From Anthoceros angustus (lineage: Eukaryota > Plantae > Anthocerotophyta), in the NCBI GenBank assembly GCA_010909165.1, contig MU008226.1, positions 11,530 through 75,529 on the forward strand: a DNA stretch of 64,000 nt. The letters are read 5' to 3'. The notes below the pieces were generated by a model that saw nothing but the letters and a program-made list of their open reading frames with translations, searched no databases and was not told where the DNA came from. A program made the position numbers and the translations under genes. Below are positions 23,526 through 35,864 of the stretch, piece by piece (position 1 is the first letter of the stretch; every line of letters starts with the position of its first letter).

Positions 23526-25784
23526 TGTGGTGGCAATCTTTGAGTGCTTATTACGCATGGCAAAGCACGCACAGAAGCTCGATTTCCTCCGGGCCCAAGG
23601 AGTTCCACTTCTAAACCTCTCCATTTTTATGACCTCATAGAGCTCTTCGCATCTCCCAGAGTATGGGCCTTTAGTTTTATCGATTGGGATCAAGCCAACT
23701 CTTGTTGTGTCCTCTCAGGCGCGAGAGAGATCAAGGTTCACACCGAATTTGAGCAGGCCCAATATAGCCAAGGACTATCTTTGTATGGAAACAATCACAT
23801 GGCATCGCCCATACAATTCTCATTACAAGAACATGAGGTACGTCGAACGTCTTGTAGTCGAGCATCCACTTCAAGTGACAGGCGCTCGGATGTGACGCTT
23901 GTCCGCTTTTGCGAGAGTAGTCGTCATGGAGCTCTGAACAACAAGATTACAGCAGCTTTGAGAAACTACGAGCTCAAGAGTTGTCCTTCATGATGAGATC
24001 CATTTGGGAGGAAAGGATCAATCACATTGGGCTGAGTGGATCCGAATGTAAAATGTCCGCTCGACCATGAACATCATGACCGATGATGATGAGCAAGAGG
24101 TTTTTACCTACGGAGGAGAGGAAGCATTGATGGAGAGAACTGAACTTCGTCGCGGAGGTAAAGTGTTCTAGCAATAGTGTCCTTCGCTGTCCAATGCTTC
24201 TAGCTCGATGCCGAGCTTATGACATGATGGTGCCTAATAAGTCTACAATCTTTCTCAAGGCTGCGAATTCAAGCACCTCATGGATGCGATCCTGGTGGAG
24301 GTTGTGGCTCCCTTTGGAGGACTATGTCCCGACTTAAGCTTCTCGGCAGTGAAAACTACAAGGCGGACAGAGAAGTGCGCGTGCAGTGGACATTTTCTCG
24401 GTAAAGTCATCAGTCATGTGCGGATCAAGGCGAAGAAGTGAAGGCGATGCGGACTTTCTCCATGTCCTGCTCTCCGCCCGGTCCCGATGGGGCGATGCGG
24501 TGATGACAACCTAAAGGGCTTTACGCCAAGAAAGACGTTCTGAAGAAGTTTCGTTTAAGGCATAACTGCAATTGAAGAACGCTCATCCTAGCGAGCCACA
24601 GGGATCTCTTCATTGCAGCGATACTTCGATCACGGTTGAGTGGGCTATGTCGAGCCGAGACACCCTCACATCATGAAGAACTGACAAAGAAGAGCTTGAC
24701 ACTGGTAGGGCACAGTCGTTTAGTGGCGGAGTCGGATCTTCCACAACTTCCTTACCTCGTGAATATTGTGAAGGAGACTTTCCGGCTTCACCGGTGGTGC
24801 CTCTGTTGATCCTCATGAATCCGTGCTTGCCAAGTTACGGGTTACGAGATACCGCAAAGTCTAGGGCTGGTCAATATATGGGCGATGGGCGTGAGCTGAT
24901 GCAGGAAGATGCCCTCTCGTTCAACCCGGATAGATTCCGGGGCGTTTGCGTCTTCACCGATCTTGAACCCTAATTTACGACGAAGGCATATACTTCACTT
25001 AGATCTTGTCATGAGTTTACGGATGGGACCTTGATGTCGAGGGAAACACTTGAGCTTCTTCCTTTGAGCAGGAAGGAGAGGTTGCGGGCATGACATTAGG
25101 CCTCACTTTGGTCGATGCTCTTTAGCTCGACTTCTTCAGCGTTCACTTGGTCTCCCGGGATGGGAAGAAGCGAGCATTTGGACATGTCGAGGCTTTGGAC
25201 TCACGCTCCTGAGCTCGACTTGATTGCAGTCCCATCTCAACGACCGTCGCCTCACATGTACGAAGCAAAATGTAACCCATCTCGGTATGTATAGTTTGGT
25301 TGCAATGCGGTGGGTGGACATGGAGTTTAGTTGCTCTTTTACTTATCCTTGAGATGTGCCTTTGATGTTCTTTAGTAGATGGGTTTACCCATATAGTAAT
25401 GGGTATATTCATATAAAGTTTAGTACAAGATACTCAATATAATTCACGCAATCTTTAACTTTAAGTCTTCGTCCGGTATATATACACTTCTACTCATAAT
25501 AGTCTTTGGCATTGTTTGTCAATAAGCTAGAAACTTCAAACTCATTGCAAGAGAAATACAAAGCAACTCCATGGATTATTGTGCAAGGTGATAGGCAACA
25601 AGTCTGGAGGTTGTTCATGTTGTAGGAGAAGATTATCATCGCGCATTGTGTTCACATGAAGTGGTAGAGAAATATCATTGCCGTAGCTTCTTGGGAGCAG
25701 GAGGTTCTTACAAAATGATTGTCAATGTAGAATAAGAGTTGGAAACCCTCACATGGCTCTAGGGCGCCCTAATTGAGTAGAGGA

Positions 25785-25980
25785 ATTCAACTAGTCTTTG
25801 AAGTCCAATACATATCATCCTAGTAAGAAAGAGTAGAAATTCTGGTCTTTAAAATCCAATACATATCATTCTTAGTAAGAAAGAGTAGGAATTCTACTAG
25901 TCTTTAAAGTCAATACATATCATCCTTGGTAAGAAAGAGTAGAGGAATTCTACCGGTCTTTAAAGTCAATACATATTTAT
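25785..25980. repeat. ~55-bp tandem repeat, 3.5 copies
   Basis: gtcttt-aagtc-aatacatatcat...gtaagaaagagtag-aattct units. Confidence 0.85.
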
Positions 25981-27299
25981 CCTACGAAAGCATGTACTCA
26001 ATATGAGACTTGTTTTTAGTGTGAGGAGATCCACCAAACCTGCTTTGCATAGCCCATGGTATAGCTGTGTAATTCTCGAATTAAAATATAAGTTCTCCTT
26101 CAACCATTCCTTTGCATTTTTCCAGAAACCTTTTGTTCTTAATTGATGGCGTCTCATATGAGGTGGGTGCATTTGCAGGCTGGATGTCTCAGAAGGGTGC
26201 ATCTTTAGGCTGGTTTTCCTCGTTGTCTTCGTCCTACTCTCTTGGTGACATCATGAAGAAAAATTTAGTACAGGTAGCAAAATCTTAAATTAGGGTTGCA
26301 TCATTTACTCGCTTTGGAGTCCTCTTACCTTTACGACAAGCATCTTCTCACAAGTCTTCCCAAATTTGTTCCAAGGTAAACACCGAGCTTCCAAGAACCA
26401 TTCCTTGGTTGGTCCTCTTTCTCCTTGCAATCTTCCAAGCTCCTCCATTCTTCCACAAGTGTAAAAGCCTCTTTTGGGCGTTCATTTAGGTGATCTTTAG
26501 ATTCACGGATTGGTGATTGCTAGAGGGAGCTGTCATGATCTCTCTTTTTCAAGCAATGGCCCAGCCAATGTGCTTCAAGTAAGATGGCGATTAAATTGCA
26601 AAACATTGTTGCTATATACCTTTAACCGCTCAAGCACATGTAAGTGTAAATAAGCTCACTCTCAATGTTGTTATTTTATAGTCCACATCGAGCTGGACTG
26701 GACTGCAACTAAATTTGCTTGTCCACAAGCGAGACCTGCAAGAATTGGAAGAAAGGCTGCCTATTTAAGACTTGCAATTAGACCAATATGACAAGTGAAC
26801 ATTAAATATGGTAAAATAACCATATGCGTGAGCAACCCAAATAATGGTTAAGAATCCACAGGGGAATTTCAATCAATATGAAAACAGAGAATATATGCAA
26901 TCACTATATTAATATATGGTTAAAAAAATCCATAAATAATTGAATAAATAAAATATAATTTATACCAAACAATAAATATAAATAATCAAAATAAGGAATA
27001 CTAAAATCAAAATACATACCCTCAAGCCTCCCCAACCTCAAACTCTAAAAAGAGCCCTCACAAGCTCCAACCCTAAAGGATTCTTTCAAGCTCGAACCCT
27101 AAAAACCGGGAGAGTAAGCAAGCATACATACTATGGTAAACCAACCGGATGAGTTCAAAACCCCAATAATGATCACAAATCTATATGAACATTTCAAATC
27201 AATATTACGATAGAAAAGCATATTTCTAATTATTATATTAATATATAGCTCAAAATATAGAATAAAAATAATAGTCAAAGACAAAAATAACAATCAACA

Positions 27300-27574
27300 A
27301 CCAAAATAGTAAATACTAAAATGAAAATACATACCTAAAAAGAGCCTCCCCAAGCGGAAAACCTAAACTCGAACCTAAAGACGCTCCCAAACGAGCCGCC
27401 GTACGCGGGCTCCGGAAAGTACGGAGCCGTCCACAATGTGGCCCCGCTACTGGGCCTGTGTGTTTTCCGGGCCTTTTGTACCCGAATGGCTTGTAGAGAG
27501 AGAGAGCGGGTACCGGTAACCGGCCGTCAAGGTGCCATCGTGGCACCCAAAAAGGTCGGTCCGCCCCGCCCCTG
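27300..27574 (-). mobile_element. Possible hAT-type DNA transposon left end
   Basis: Minus strand begins CAGGGGCGGGGCGG; GC-rich subterminal region then AT-rich body with GTATGT donors; matching TIR not found. Confidence 0.3.
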
Positions 27575-28150
27575 ACTCCTTGCCTCTAGCTAACTGCAAA
27601 CATTGACTGTGGCCAATCCAGAGGGCTTGCGTCAATGACACTCTCTGGACGATGCTCACAGATGCCCACTGCTAGATTGCCGGGTTGTGATACAGTTGCC
27701 GTACAGACACGGTCTCCCTTCTCATACTGGAAATTTCTTTGCATTCGTAACTATTCCACACATTGGTACCATATCACGGTCAGGGGTCTTCTTGTGGTTT
27801 GTGGAACCGCGTCTCACGATTCCAAAGTCTTTCAGGACCTCTGAATTGAGCAGACTGGCCAATGCCAAGTTCAGTTGCCACCAACCTTGAAATGCCACAA
27901 CACAAGATAGGCAACAACATCGTACACTCGCGGTTCCAATCCAAACACGGTCCCTTATTCTATACAAGCGTTTGACAATTTGCTTCCAGCATCTCCTCTG
28001 CGAACAGACCACAAAAGTCTACTAAATCCTTGTTCATTACCAAACTCCGTGAACAATGGGTAACTTATTTCATTTTATTTTAGCTCAATATCTAGCGAGC
28101 TTATACCTCAAAAGAAAACCCACAAGGAGTCAGTCCCCACTCGAGGACCG

Positions 28151-28355
28151 GCGTCAAGGAACTTGGTACTTTAACAACTTGTACACTTGAGGAGCGCGGC
28201 GTCATGGAACTTGGTACTTAACAATTTGTACCATGGTGTGCCTAAGTTACTTGTACCAAGGGCATCCACTCCCTTTAGACACCCCATGTAAGTAGCGATC
28301 TAAATTCAGGATGCTTAATGACGGCGTTCTTATAAATGTGTGTCCATTTGGACAC
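28151..28355 (-). mobile_element. 5S-like SINE family copy 3; 3' part duplicated, tail absent
   Basis: Reverse complement aligns to 42812-43024 (aagaacgccgtcattaagcatcc...gatcgctacttacatggggtgtctaaagg). Confidence 0.8.
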
Positions 28356-28404
28356 GGGAAGCGGGCTAGTGTTGTGTGGAGATTTAGTACCTGCCACGGA
28401 TTTC

Positions 28405-28621
28405 GCCTGGCCAGGTAAGACAAAAGGAAATAAAATAAAAACGGTGAAGGCATCTAAAGTCACGATTCGACATCACATCCCGGCTCGAGACCCGGAGATG
28501 CAGCTCTATCCACAGGGAAGGCTCCATAGAGCTTAAGAACGACAAGTGCTGCTTCCTGCTAGTGGAGCTGCATTCCTGAGCATCCATGGAGGGCACCATC
28601 GTGTTGTCATGGATCCTGGTT
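28405..28621 (+). repeat. Interspersed repeat, partner at 23330-23525; truncated by the gap
   Basis: Direct similarity. Confidence 0.85.
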
Positions 28622-28742
28622 NNNNNNNNNNNNNNNNNNNNNNNNNNNNNNNNNNNNNNNNNNNNNNNNNNNNNNNNNNNNNNNNNNNNNNNNNNNNNNN
28701 NNNNNNNNNNNNNNNNNNNNNNNNNNNNNNNNNNNNNNNNNN
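28622..28742. other. Assembly gap (121 N)
   Basis: N run. Confidence 1.
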
Positions 28743-28898
28743 GATCTGAACACCCGCAAGGTCGATGTGCAGCTGACCGAGGCGGAACTCGACGAACGCC
28801 GCAAGAACCCGGCGACTCAGTACCCGGCCAATCAGACACCTTGGCAGCAGATCCATCGCGAAACGGTGGGCCAGCTCTCGACCGGTGGCTGCATGGAG
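28743..28898 (+). other. Bacterial-type IlvD/Edd-family (sugar-acid/dihydroxy-acid dehydratase) C-terminal fragment
   Basis: DLNTRKVDVQLTEAELDERRKNPATQYPANQTPWQQIHRETVGQLSTGGCME, containing the QTPWQ..R..VGQL.TG motif; mostly G/C-ending codons. Confidence 0.8.
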
Positions 28899-28904
28899 GA
28901 GGAG

Positions 28905-29712
28905 GATTTCACAAAGTAAAGTATCACGTCTTGCGCTTCCATACTCATGAGTCCTTTGCCATTCTGAGGAATTTGTGCATGTGAGCCAATCTGGTAGAGA
29001 GGAAGTCGCGGTGGTCGGAGTGCTTGGTGGAGGACTTGCTCATTGCAAGTGCCTAAGAGTTGCTCCCCTTGTGAATGGTTGCTGTGAAATTGCTTTGCTT
29101 TGGGTGTGTGGCCCGAGAACTCTCGGCTTGAGGGTAGACTACAGGAAAGACTCCCTGGAGGTTCTCATTGTCAGTGTCAAACTCATAGCAAGGAAGAACT
29201 TGCTGGTGGAGGCCGCGGTTGTGCCGTAAGGCGAGTCGAGCATGGCCGGCGAGGTTAGAATAGGAGGAAGAGGATGAGGAAGATGAGTAGAGGATTAGAG
29301 TGTAGGCGTTGGGAAGGCCACAGGCGAGCCTAAGGGACGAATCCCAAATCTGCAAGTAAAGGCGCTCCACAGGTGGAAGAGTGGTCTTAAGTAGGGACGA
29401 AATTGCGGTGTGGATCGAGGGGGTCCACAGGTGATAGGCTCCCTGCTAAGGCGGGACACCTGGTGTGTGTCGTTGTAGGTCGAGGATTGGTAGTTTTGAG
29501 GCGGTGCAAGTGGCGCACTGTAAGAGGTGAGTAGAGGCGCCTTGCTTGTTTAGAAGGTGAGAAGTTGTGTGTAGGTAGCGATCGGTCATCACACGACCTC
29601 GAACTTTCACACGAGTCTCATGGGGCCGAAACCCAGCGTCTGAGCGGCGATTGGGATAAGTGGTAGCTAGAGTGGGAGGATCTTGGAAGCCTCGGGGTTT
29701 TCCCTACCACAA
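28905..29712 (+). repeat. LTR/UTR-like repeat, inverted partner at ~41390-42245
   Basis: Long colinear match (gtaaagtatcacgtcttgc..., tgtgaatggttgctgtgaaattgctttgctttgggtgtgtggc, gtgtcgttgtaggtcgag). Confidence 0.85.
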
Positions 29713-30250
29713 GAGAAGAGACTTGCAGCTGACGGAAACAGGGGCGGTGATCGGGGGAATGCACGAAGGATTGGGTGGAGGACATTATGCAGTTCAAGTT
29801 ACCACCAAAAAGATTTTGGAAGCAGGGTACTGGTGGCCCACAATGTATGGAGAGACACACCACTTTGTGAAGAAGTGTGATGCTTGTCAGCGGATCGGGA
29901 AGCCTACTCCGACAACACAATGGCCGTTGGTGCCTATTCTGACGCTAGCACCTTTCGAAAAGTGGGGTATTGACTTCGTTGGATCCATACAGCCTACAAC
30001 AAGACATACACAGAAGAGATACATCCTGGTGGCAACCGATTACTGCACCAGGTGGGTTGAAGCAGTGGCGACACGGACGGACTCAGCAAGTACCGTAGCG
30101 AAGCTCATCTATGAAAGTATTAGAACCTGGTACGGATGTCCGTTGCAGTTGGTAAGTGACAAGAGAACCCATTTCCTTAATGATGTGGTGACAGCCATGA
30201 CGGAGTATTTTGGCATTAATCATCAAAAGGCGGCACCTTACAATCCATAG
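29712..30250 (+). mobile_element. Ty3 integrase fragment, closely related to the 7.9-21.8-kb element
   Basis: MHEGLGGGHY...ILEAGYWWPTMYGETHHFVKKCDACQRIGKP...PFEKWGIDFVG...DYCTRWVEA; truncated at APYNP. Confidence 0.95.
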
Positions 30251-30467
30251 TTACCTTTTCTGCTGTCCTGAATGCCCATAGGACTAATGGTAACTTGGTA
30301 TCCCAATCATGGGCGTAATTCACCGTGAGCTTATTCAGGATCCGGCAGATAAGTCCGTTTGTTTTCTCCGTCAACCCATTAGCCTTTGACTTGGAGTCTC
30401 ACGTTATCAGGGGGGATTGGATTACACTTATATTTGCCTATTAGATTTGTTTTACTTTGCTGTCTGT

Positions 30468-31080
30468 TGAGGAAGTGCTTATATGAATGCAAGTGCTTAC
30501 CTTGTGTGACAGCTGTCATGCCATGTGACACTAATCTCTGCACTTGGGTTTAGTGTTTGATTAGCAATAATTAATCTTATTACTTATCTTTAACTAAGTA
30601 ATTAATATTAATTAAATTAAAAATACTTATATTAATCAAGCGTTGATTAGTATTAATTAAACATGGTTAGCAATAGCTAAGTGGATAAGCACAAGTAACA
30701 TGCTTTAGCGTATTCCTTGCATATTATAGTGTATTCTTAGAATATTTCCGGCATATGCTGATGCCAATAGGATATCTTAGGAATATGATGATGCCAAGGG
30801 CTAATATATATCGACCCTTTCACAAAAGACAAGCTCAAATCAGAGCTTGTCCTCTAGATATGCAGTGCAAGAGTGTTGTGAGGAGGCCAAAGCTATGACT
30901 CTGAGAGTGATGTGTGAGGAATTTGTGTATTGTTATTGTGGGAGAGTGTGTTTGTGCACGATATCGAGCTACTCTCTCATTGTTATTGGTTTACACATAT
31001 ATTTGCATAGATGGTTGTTTTGCTTGTTTGTTTATTGAGGAAGTGCCTATATGAATGCAAGTGCTCATCTCATGTGACAC
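30468..31080 (+). repeat. ~610-bp unit bounded by ~45-bp direct repeats
   Basis: tgaggaagtgc(t/c)tatatgaatgcaagtgct...tgtgaca at ~30468 and ~31036. Confidence 0.6.
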
Positions 31081-31648
31081 AAACAACAATCTCGTTATCA
31101 TTTGGTTTCACCCCTACTCAGGTGTAGCCATCTGCGTTGAAAGAAACTTCTTCGCCACTCCTGCAATCACCCCTCGTAGGCAGTGATCACTGAGGCTTTG
31201 TCGATTCCGCAAGGTGTTGGGTTGGGGCACTCCATACGCTCTTCAAATTTGCAGCCTGAACACAAAATGAGGGCTTCTGAGGATCGCTGGCTTGGTAGGG
31301 CGTCTTGAGGCCATTGCCACGCTTCTCCTTATGGGCATCTTTGCTGCAAAGATGCCCATAAGAAACTTTCGAGCATAACAATGGCCGTAACTTTGTCTTT
31401 GTCATCCCTTGCCTCGTTTGTCTTTACTAGCCACGTTTAACCCTAGACCGTCGAGCCCTAATTTTGGCCTTTTTTGATGATTTATCAAATTTTTAGCATA
31501 ACTAATTCTAGAAAAAATGGACCGCCCTGCTCTTGCCTCCACAAATAGCAGCCTACTTGGATCTACACAAACATGTGGTTGAAAAATATGAAACCCACCT
31601 TGGCTATCCACCACTAATTTCCAAGCTATTTTCGATAGAGTTGGCAAT

Positions 31649-31850
31649 GAAGAAGAAGAAGAATTTTATTTAAGTCCACTAAGGGATTTACATGGGACTT
31701 GGTATAACAACTTGTACCATGGTATGCCTAAGCTACTTGCACCAAGGGCATCCATTCCTTTAGGCACCCCATCTAAGTACCGATCCAAGCGGGATGCTTA
31801 ATAATCACGTTCTTATAAATGTGTCCATTTGGCCTAAGCCATTTGGACAC
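31649..31850 (-). mobile_element. 5S-like SINE family copy 2, with (TTC)n tail
   Basis: Reverse complement aligns end-to-end with 42812-43024; (GAA)5 on the plus strand. Confidence 0.85.
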
Positions 31851-32454
31851 ACATGAGGAGAAGCATTTTCATCTGGATTATAATTTCCACCACTCATCTA
31901 GTTGAGCAAATATAATGAGGAAAAGTCAGAAGCACAACCATCACGTTGCCAAAAAAATGGGCCAAATCCGATGCTCCTAGGCCGGTCAAAACATTTTTAA
32001 AAGTGAAAAGTCTTGGCTCCCAAGGTAACCAGAGGTCACAAAAAATGTTTCACTACACACAACCGTATATGATAAAAGAGGCTTGCCAGCTGGCTTCTAC
32101 TCTACATTCGACCTCCTATTGCTGGTTGACATACCCTACCCGTCTGCACATTTCATCAAAACTTGGCCACCATATATTCCATTTGACCTCGGTCACGCTC
32201 ATTGGCCTAGGGACGCGGGCATTGCCTGCAGGTGACGGCCCAAGGTGGAAAAAAGACAGAATGAAGGGTGGGGGGACGCCCCGTTTCACCATATGGTCGC
32301 GCTAAACCTAAGGCCGAACTAGTATGGTTGTGTGTCAGCTCTTTCCATTCATGACTTGTAGCAGTGGACACATGGTATTGTTTTTCTAATGTGAACAGGA
32401 CCATGGCTAGCAGGCCTTCAACATACTTTGCTCGAATGTCGCCGGACTTCAAAG

Positions 32455-32515
32455 GAGCAAAAAATCAAGGAGCAGAAACCAAAAATCAAGGAGCAGAAAC
32501 CAAAAATCAAGGAAA
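32455..32515. repeat. 21-bp tandem repeat, ~3 copies
   Basis: aaaaatcaaggagcagaaacc units. Confidence 0.9.
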
Positions 32516-32725
32516 TAAACGAAGGGCGAACGACTCAATCTGAGTCGATTCGTCCATAGTTAACCTGCCTTTTCACACCGTACTTGTAACTTCATACCCC
32601 TCGTGAAAGCAACTCCGAACTCGGTCGGCTAAATGGATAAAAATAGGTTTCATTAAGCATGGGATGGTACGCTTATGCCTGGCGGCCGTCTTCCCCTTGG
32701 ACAGCCCATATTGAAATTCTCTGAG

Positions 32726-35700
32726 ATGAAGCAGACAATGCAGTCGAGAGCCAAAGCATGCGGGAATCGCCCAGAGAAGCGGGCACGCCTGGTTCCTGAC
32801 GCTGGGGCAGATTGTTTACATGTCTTGGAGGTTTGTCTGTAGCTTGACTGTGAGCAGCGCCCCAGTGTATTCGGCTTAATCATTGCCGCCATCCGGAAGT
32901 GTCTGAATCTGCCACTGTTTGCAGTCCCAGCCATCGTGGAGCGGTGGTGGCAGTATCCTGCAGTGACGGAAGGTCTCGCTGCTGGGACTGCGGTCCGCCA
33001 ATGGGTCACGGTCATGTGATCTTGTCTTCTCGTTCACATGGATTGGGTAAAGTGGTGTCACCCCCTTGGAGGGAGGATGACAAAGATGGGCACTACATTT
33101 TCGAGCTGGCCGAGAATATCACATCTCGTTGTAAGGTTCCCTAGACTTCTATTTGATCTGAGTTCACGTCGAGATTTGTTACAGTCTGACTAAGATCGTG
33201 TTGCATCGATTTGCAGACAAGATAATGAGTAAAATGGGCGAAGGTGTGTCACCATTTTTTTCTAAAAGTCCGTGTAGGGGCCACCATGTGAATCTCGTGT
33301 TTTACTTTTCTGGGTCCCTTTGACTCCTAATAGGAAGGGAGTTTGTCATGCTTGAACCATGAACTAAATATTTCGACTGAATGGTACTTCCTTCCCATTT
33401 CATTCAGCACGTAAATCTTCACTGACCACGTAAATCTTCGGCTTTGGCTTGAAGTGCCAACCTGTAGTTGTTTTTTGTCATTGGTCACTCATAATTCGTC
33501 TGCTTACCACTGATTGGGATATTGTCGTTGTTGACTTCTTGTTTGTGATAACTTTAGACTTCTGCATGTGCATAAACGGAACTACAACTATTTTGTTTGC
33601 GCAATTCGAGCCCCTTGTGTGCATCAGACATCTGAGTCGCAGATTGCAGGGACCTTTGGTCGAGTATTGGAATGCTGGGATCGTATAGCTCAGGAGTATG
33701 TGGCTGTGAAGGTGATCCGGAATATTCAGAAGTACCGTGACGCTGCTATGATTGAAATAGATGTACTTCGGGTTCTTGCCAAGCATGACAAAACTGGATC
33801 ACGGTCTGTCTGAAGCTCAGTGGATTTGTGCTTGCCTCAAGGACATGTGTCTTCAGTGGAAACGTTATGTTTATGGATGGCCCGATTTGCTGTGGCAGGC
33901 ACTGTGTTCAATTAAAGGACTGGTTTGACTTTCAGAATCACGTGTGTATTGTAAGTACAACACAGCTTGATTAATTGGGTGTTTTTGTCTTTTGGATTTT
34001 ACATACTGGAGTCTTAGGGGACCTTTAAACTTCTTTGTTTGCCAAGATTGTTGGTTTCTGTTCTGTTTATCCATGGGCAGGTTTGTGAAAGACTGGGACC
34101 AAGCTTGTACGATTTTCTGAGGAAAAACAGTTATCGGTCTTTTCCTGTTGACATAGTCCGGGACTTCGGCCGACAGCTTCTAGAGTCGGTAGCTTGTGCG
34201 TGCACTCCTCTTCCTTTGAATCTCTAGATCATTGTAAAACTGATGGCTTCAAGATCTGTTTCAGTTTGTCTTATGTGTCTGGTGTTTCTGGCCGATAGTT
34301 GTTTTCGAAGAGTCTGTGAGCTCACAGTGTCCCTCATTTTGCGCTCCTTCTTTGCTTTCAGATATGCATGAGCTTACTCTTGTGCACACAGACTTGAAGC
34401 CAGAGAACATACTCCTTGTGTCCTCAGAGTATGTAAAGGTACCTGAGCACAAGGTGTGTGTAACACATTATGTTCAAATGGTGTGTTTTCTTTGCACTAG
34501 CTGAACGTGAGCACGATGTGATCTTGAAAGAGTGCTTGCTGTGATCCTGTGAGTTCATTTTCACCACCTGAGTCATAGGTTGAACAGGGTTTTGATGCAG
34601 TTTCTGCTCTTAAACTTACAAGCATTCTTCTTTGTGGGCAGAGAACCTCACAACCAGGCAAGCACTATAAGCGAATTCCCAAATCAAGCAACATTAAACT
34701 TATTGACTTTGGTAGTGCAACCTTTGAGAGTCAATATCATTGTTCTGTTGTTTCAACGAGGCACTATCGCCCTGAAGTTATACTTGGTGAGGTTTCAAGT
34801 ACGTTTCTTCAGGGCTGCTGCGTTCATGTTTCTCAGGGTATAGGCATGAGCTACCGTCCTGAAACCTGTTGCTGCATTGACACAGGTGCACACATTTGCC
34901 AGGTTTAGGATGGAGTTACCCTTGTGACCTTTGGAGTATTGGCTGTATACTCGTTGAATTGTGCTCGGTATGTAATCTTCTCAAGTCATTGGTCTAACCA
35001 GCAAGAACATGGGCAGTTGTCTGGTGAACTTAGGACTGACCTTTTGCTGCCATATTTTGTCCCCATTGCTATAACAGGGGGATGCACTTTTTCAAACCCA
35101 TGAGAATTTGGAGCACTTAGCGATGATGGAGCGTGTTCTCGGGCCAATGCCACACCAAATGATCAGAATGTCAGAGTAAGCTTCATCTTGAATAATTCAG
35201 ACCACTGATTAGCTGTGATTGATCTGAGGGTGCACAATACACACTACCTTCTTTTGTGGCTGAAGCATGGTTGGCTTACTTTCCCAGAGTTGATTTCTGA
35301 TCCTTCTGTAAGAGAACAGAGCAGATTTTTTTCTCTTGTCACATGTATCTGATGTCTTGTGCACGAATTCTCATGCAGGCGTCGTGCTGATAAGTACTTC
35401 AAGTATGGACGTGAGCTGAATTGGCCTGAGGGTTCATTGTCAAGAGAAAGCGTTCGTGCTGTGAGGAGACTGCCCCGCTTGCGGGTAGGCACTAGCTAAG
35501 CATGTGAATTTTCTGCTTAAGCTCTGCATCTTGTTGCTAGAAGTCACCTACTATAGTGATATTTCTCCTGTGGCTGCATCCTACTCAAAGAGCTTGTGTC
35601 ATGGAGCACATCTCCTTCCTGGTACCTTAGTGCTGTCTTTGTTTAGCATGGCCCATAGTTTTCTACTGCTGACCATTTTTCACATGCTGAGGCAATTGTC

Positions 35701-35864
35701 CTGTGCAGAATCTAATAATGCAACATGTCGATCATTCAGGCGGGGCTCTTATTGACCTCCTTCAAGGTTTGCTTAAGTTTGATCCCTCTGAAAGATTGTC
35801 TGCTCATGAAGCTCTGAAGCACCCTTTTTTCGAGTCGACAAAAGGCATAGCATGGATGATGTAA
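32726..35864 (+). CDS. AFC: LAMMER/CLK dual-specificity kinase. Exons: 32726-32830 (tentative), ~32925-33130, 33217-33243, 33650-33803, 33899-33950, 34081-34195, 34362-34453, 34642-34786, 34903-34967, 35078-35175, 35379-35484, 35709-35864
   Basis: [67 protein letters not shown]; GT-AG introns with consistent phases from exon 2 onward. Confidence 0.97.

Noticed and set aside
27620-28010. PPR gene fragment (DRDMV...WNS, minus strand)
   Set aside because: The motif is too short and frame-broken to support a call.
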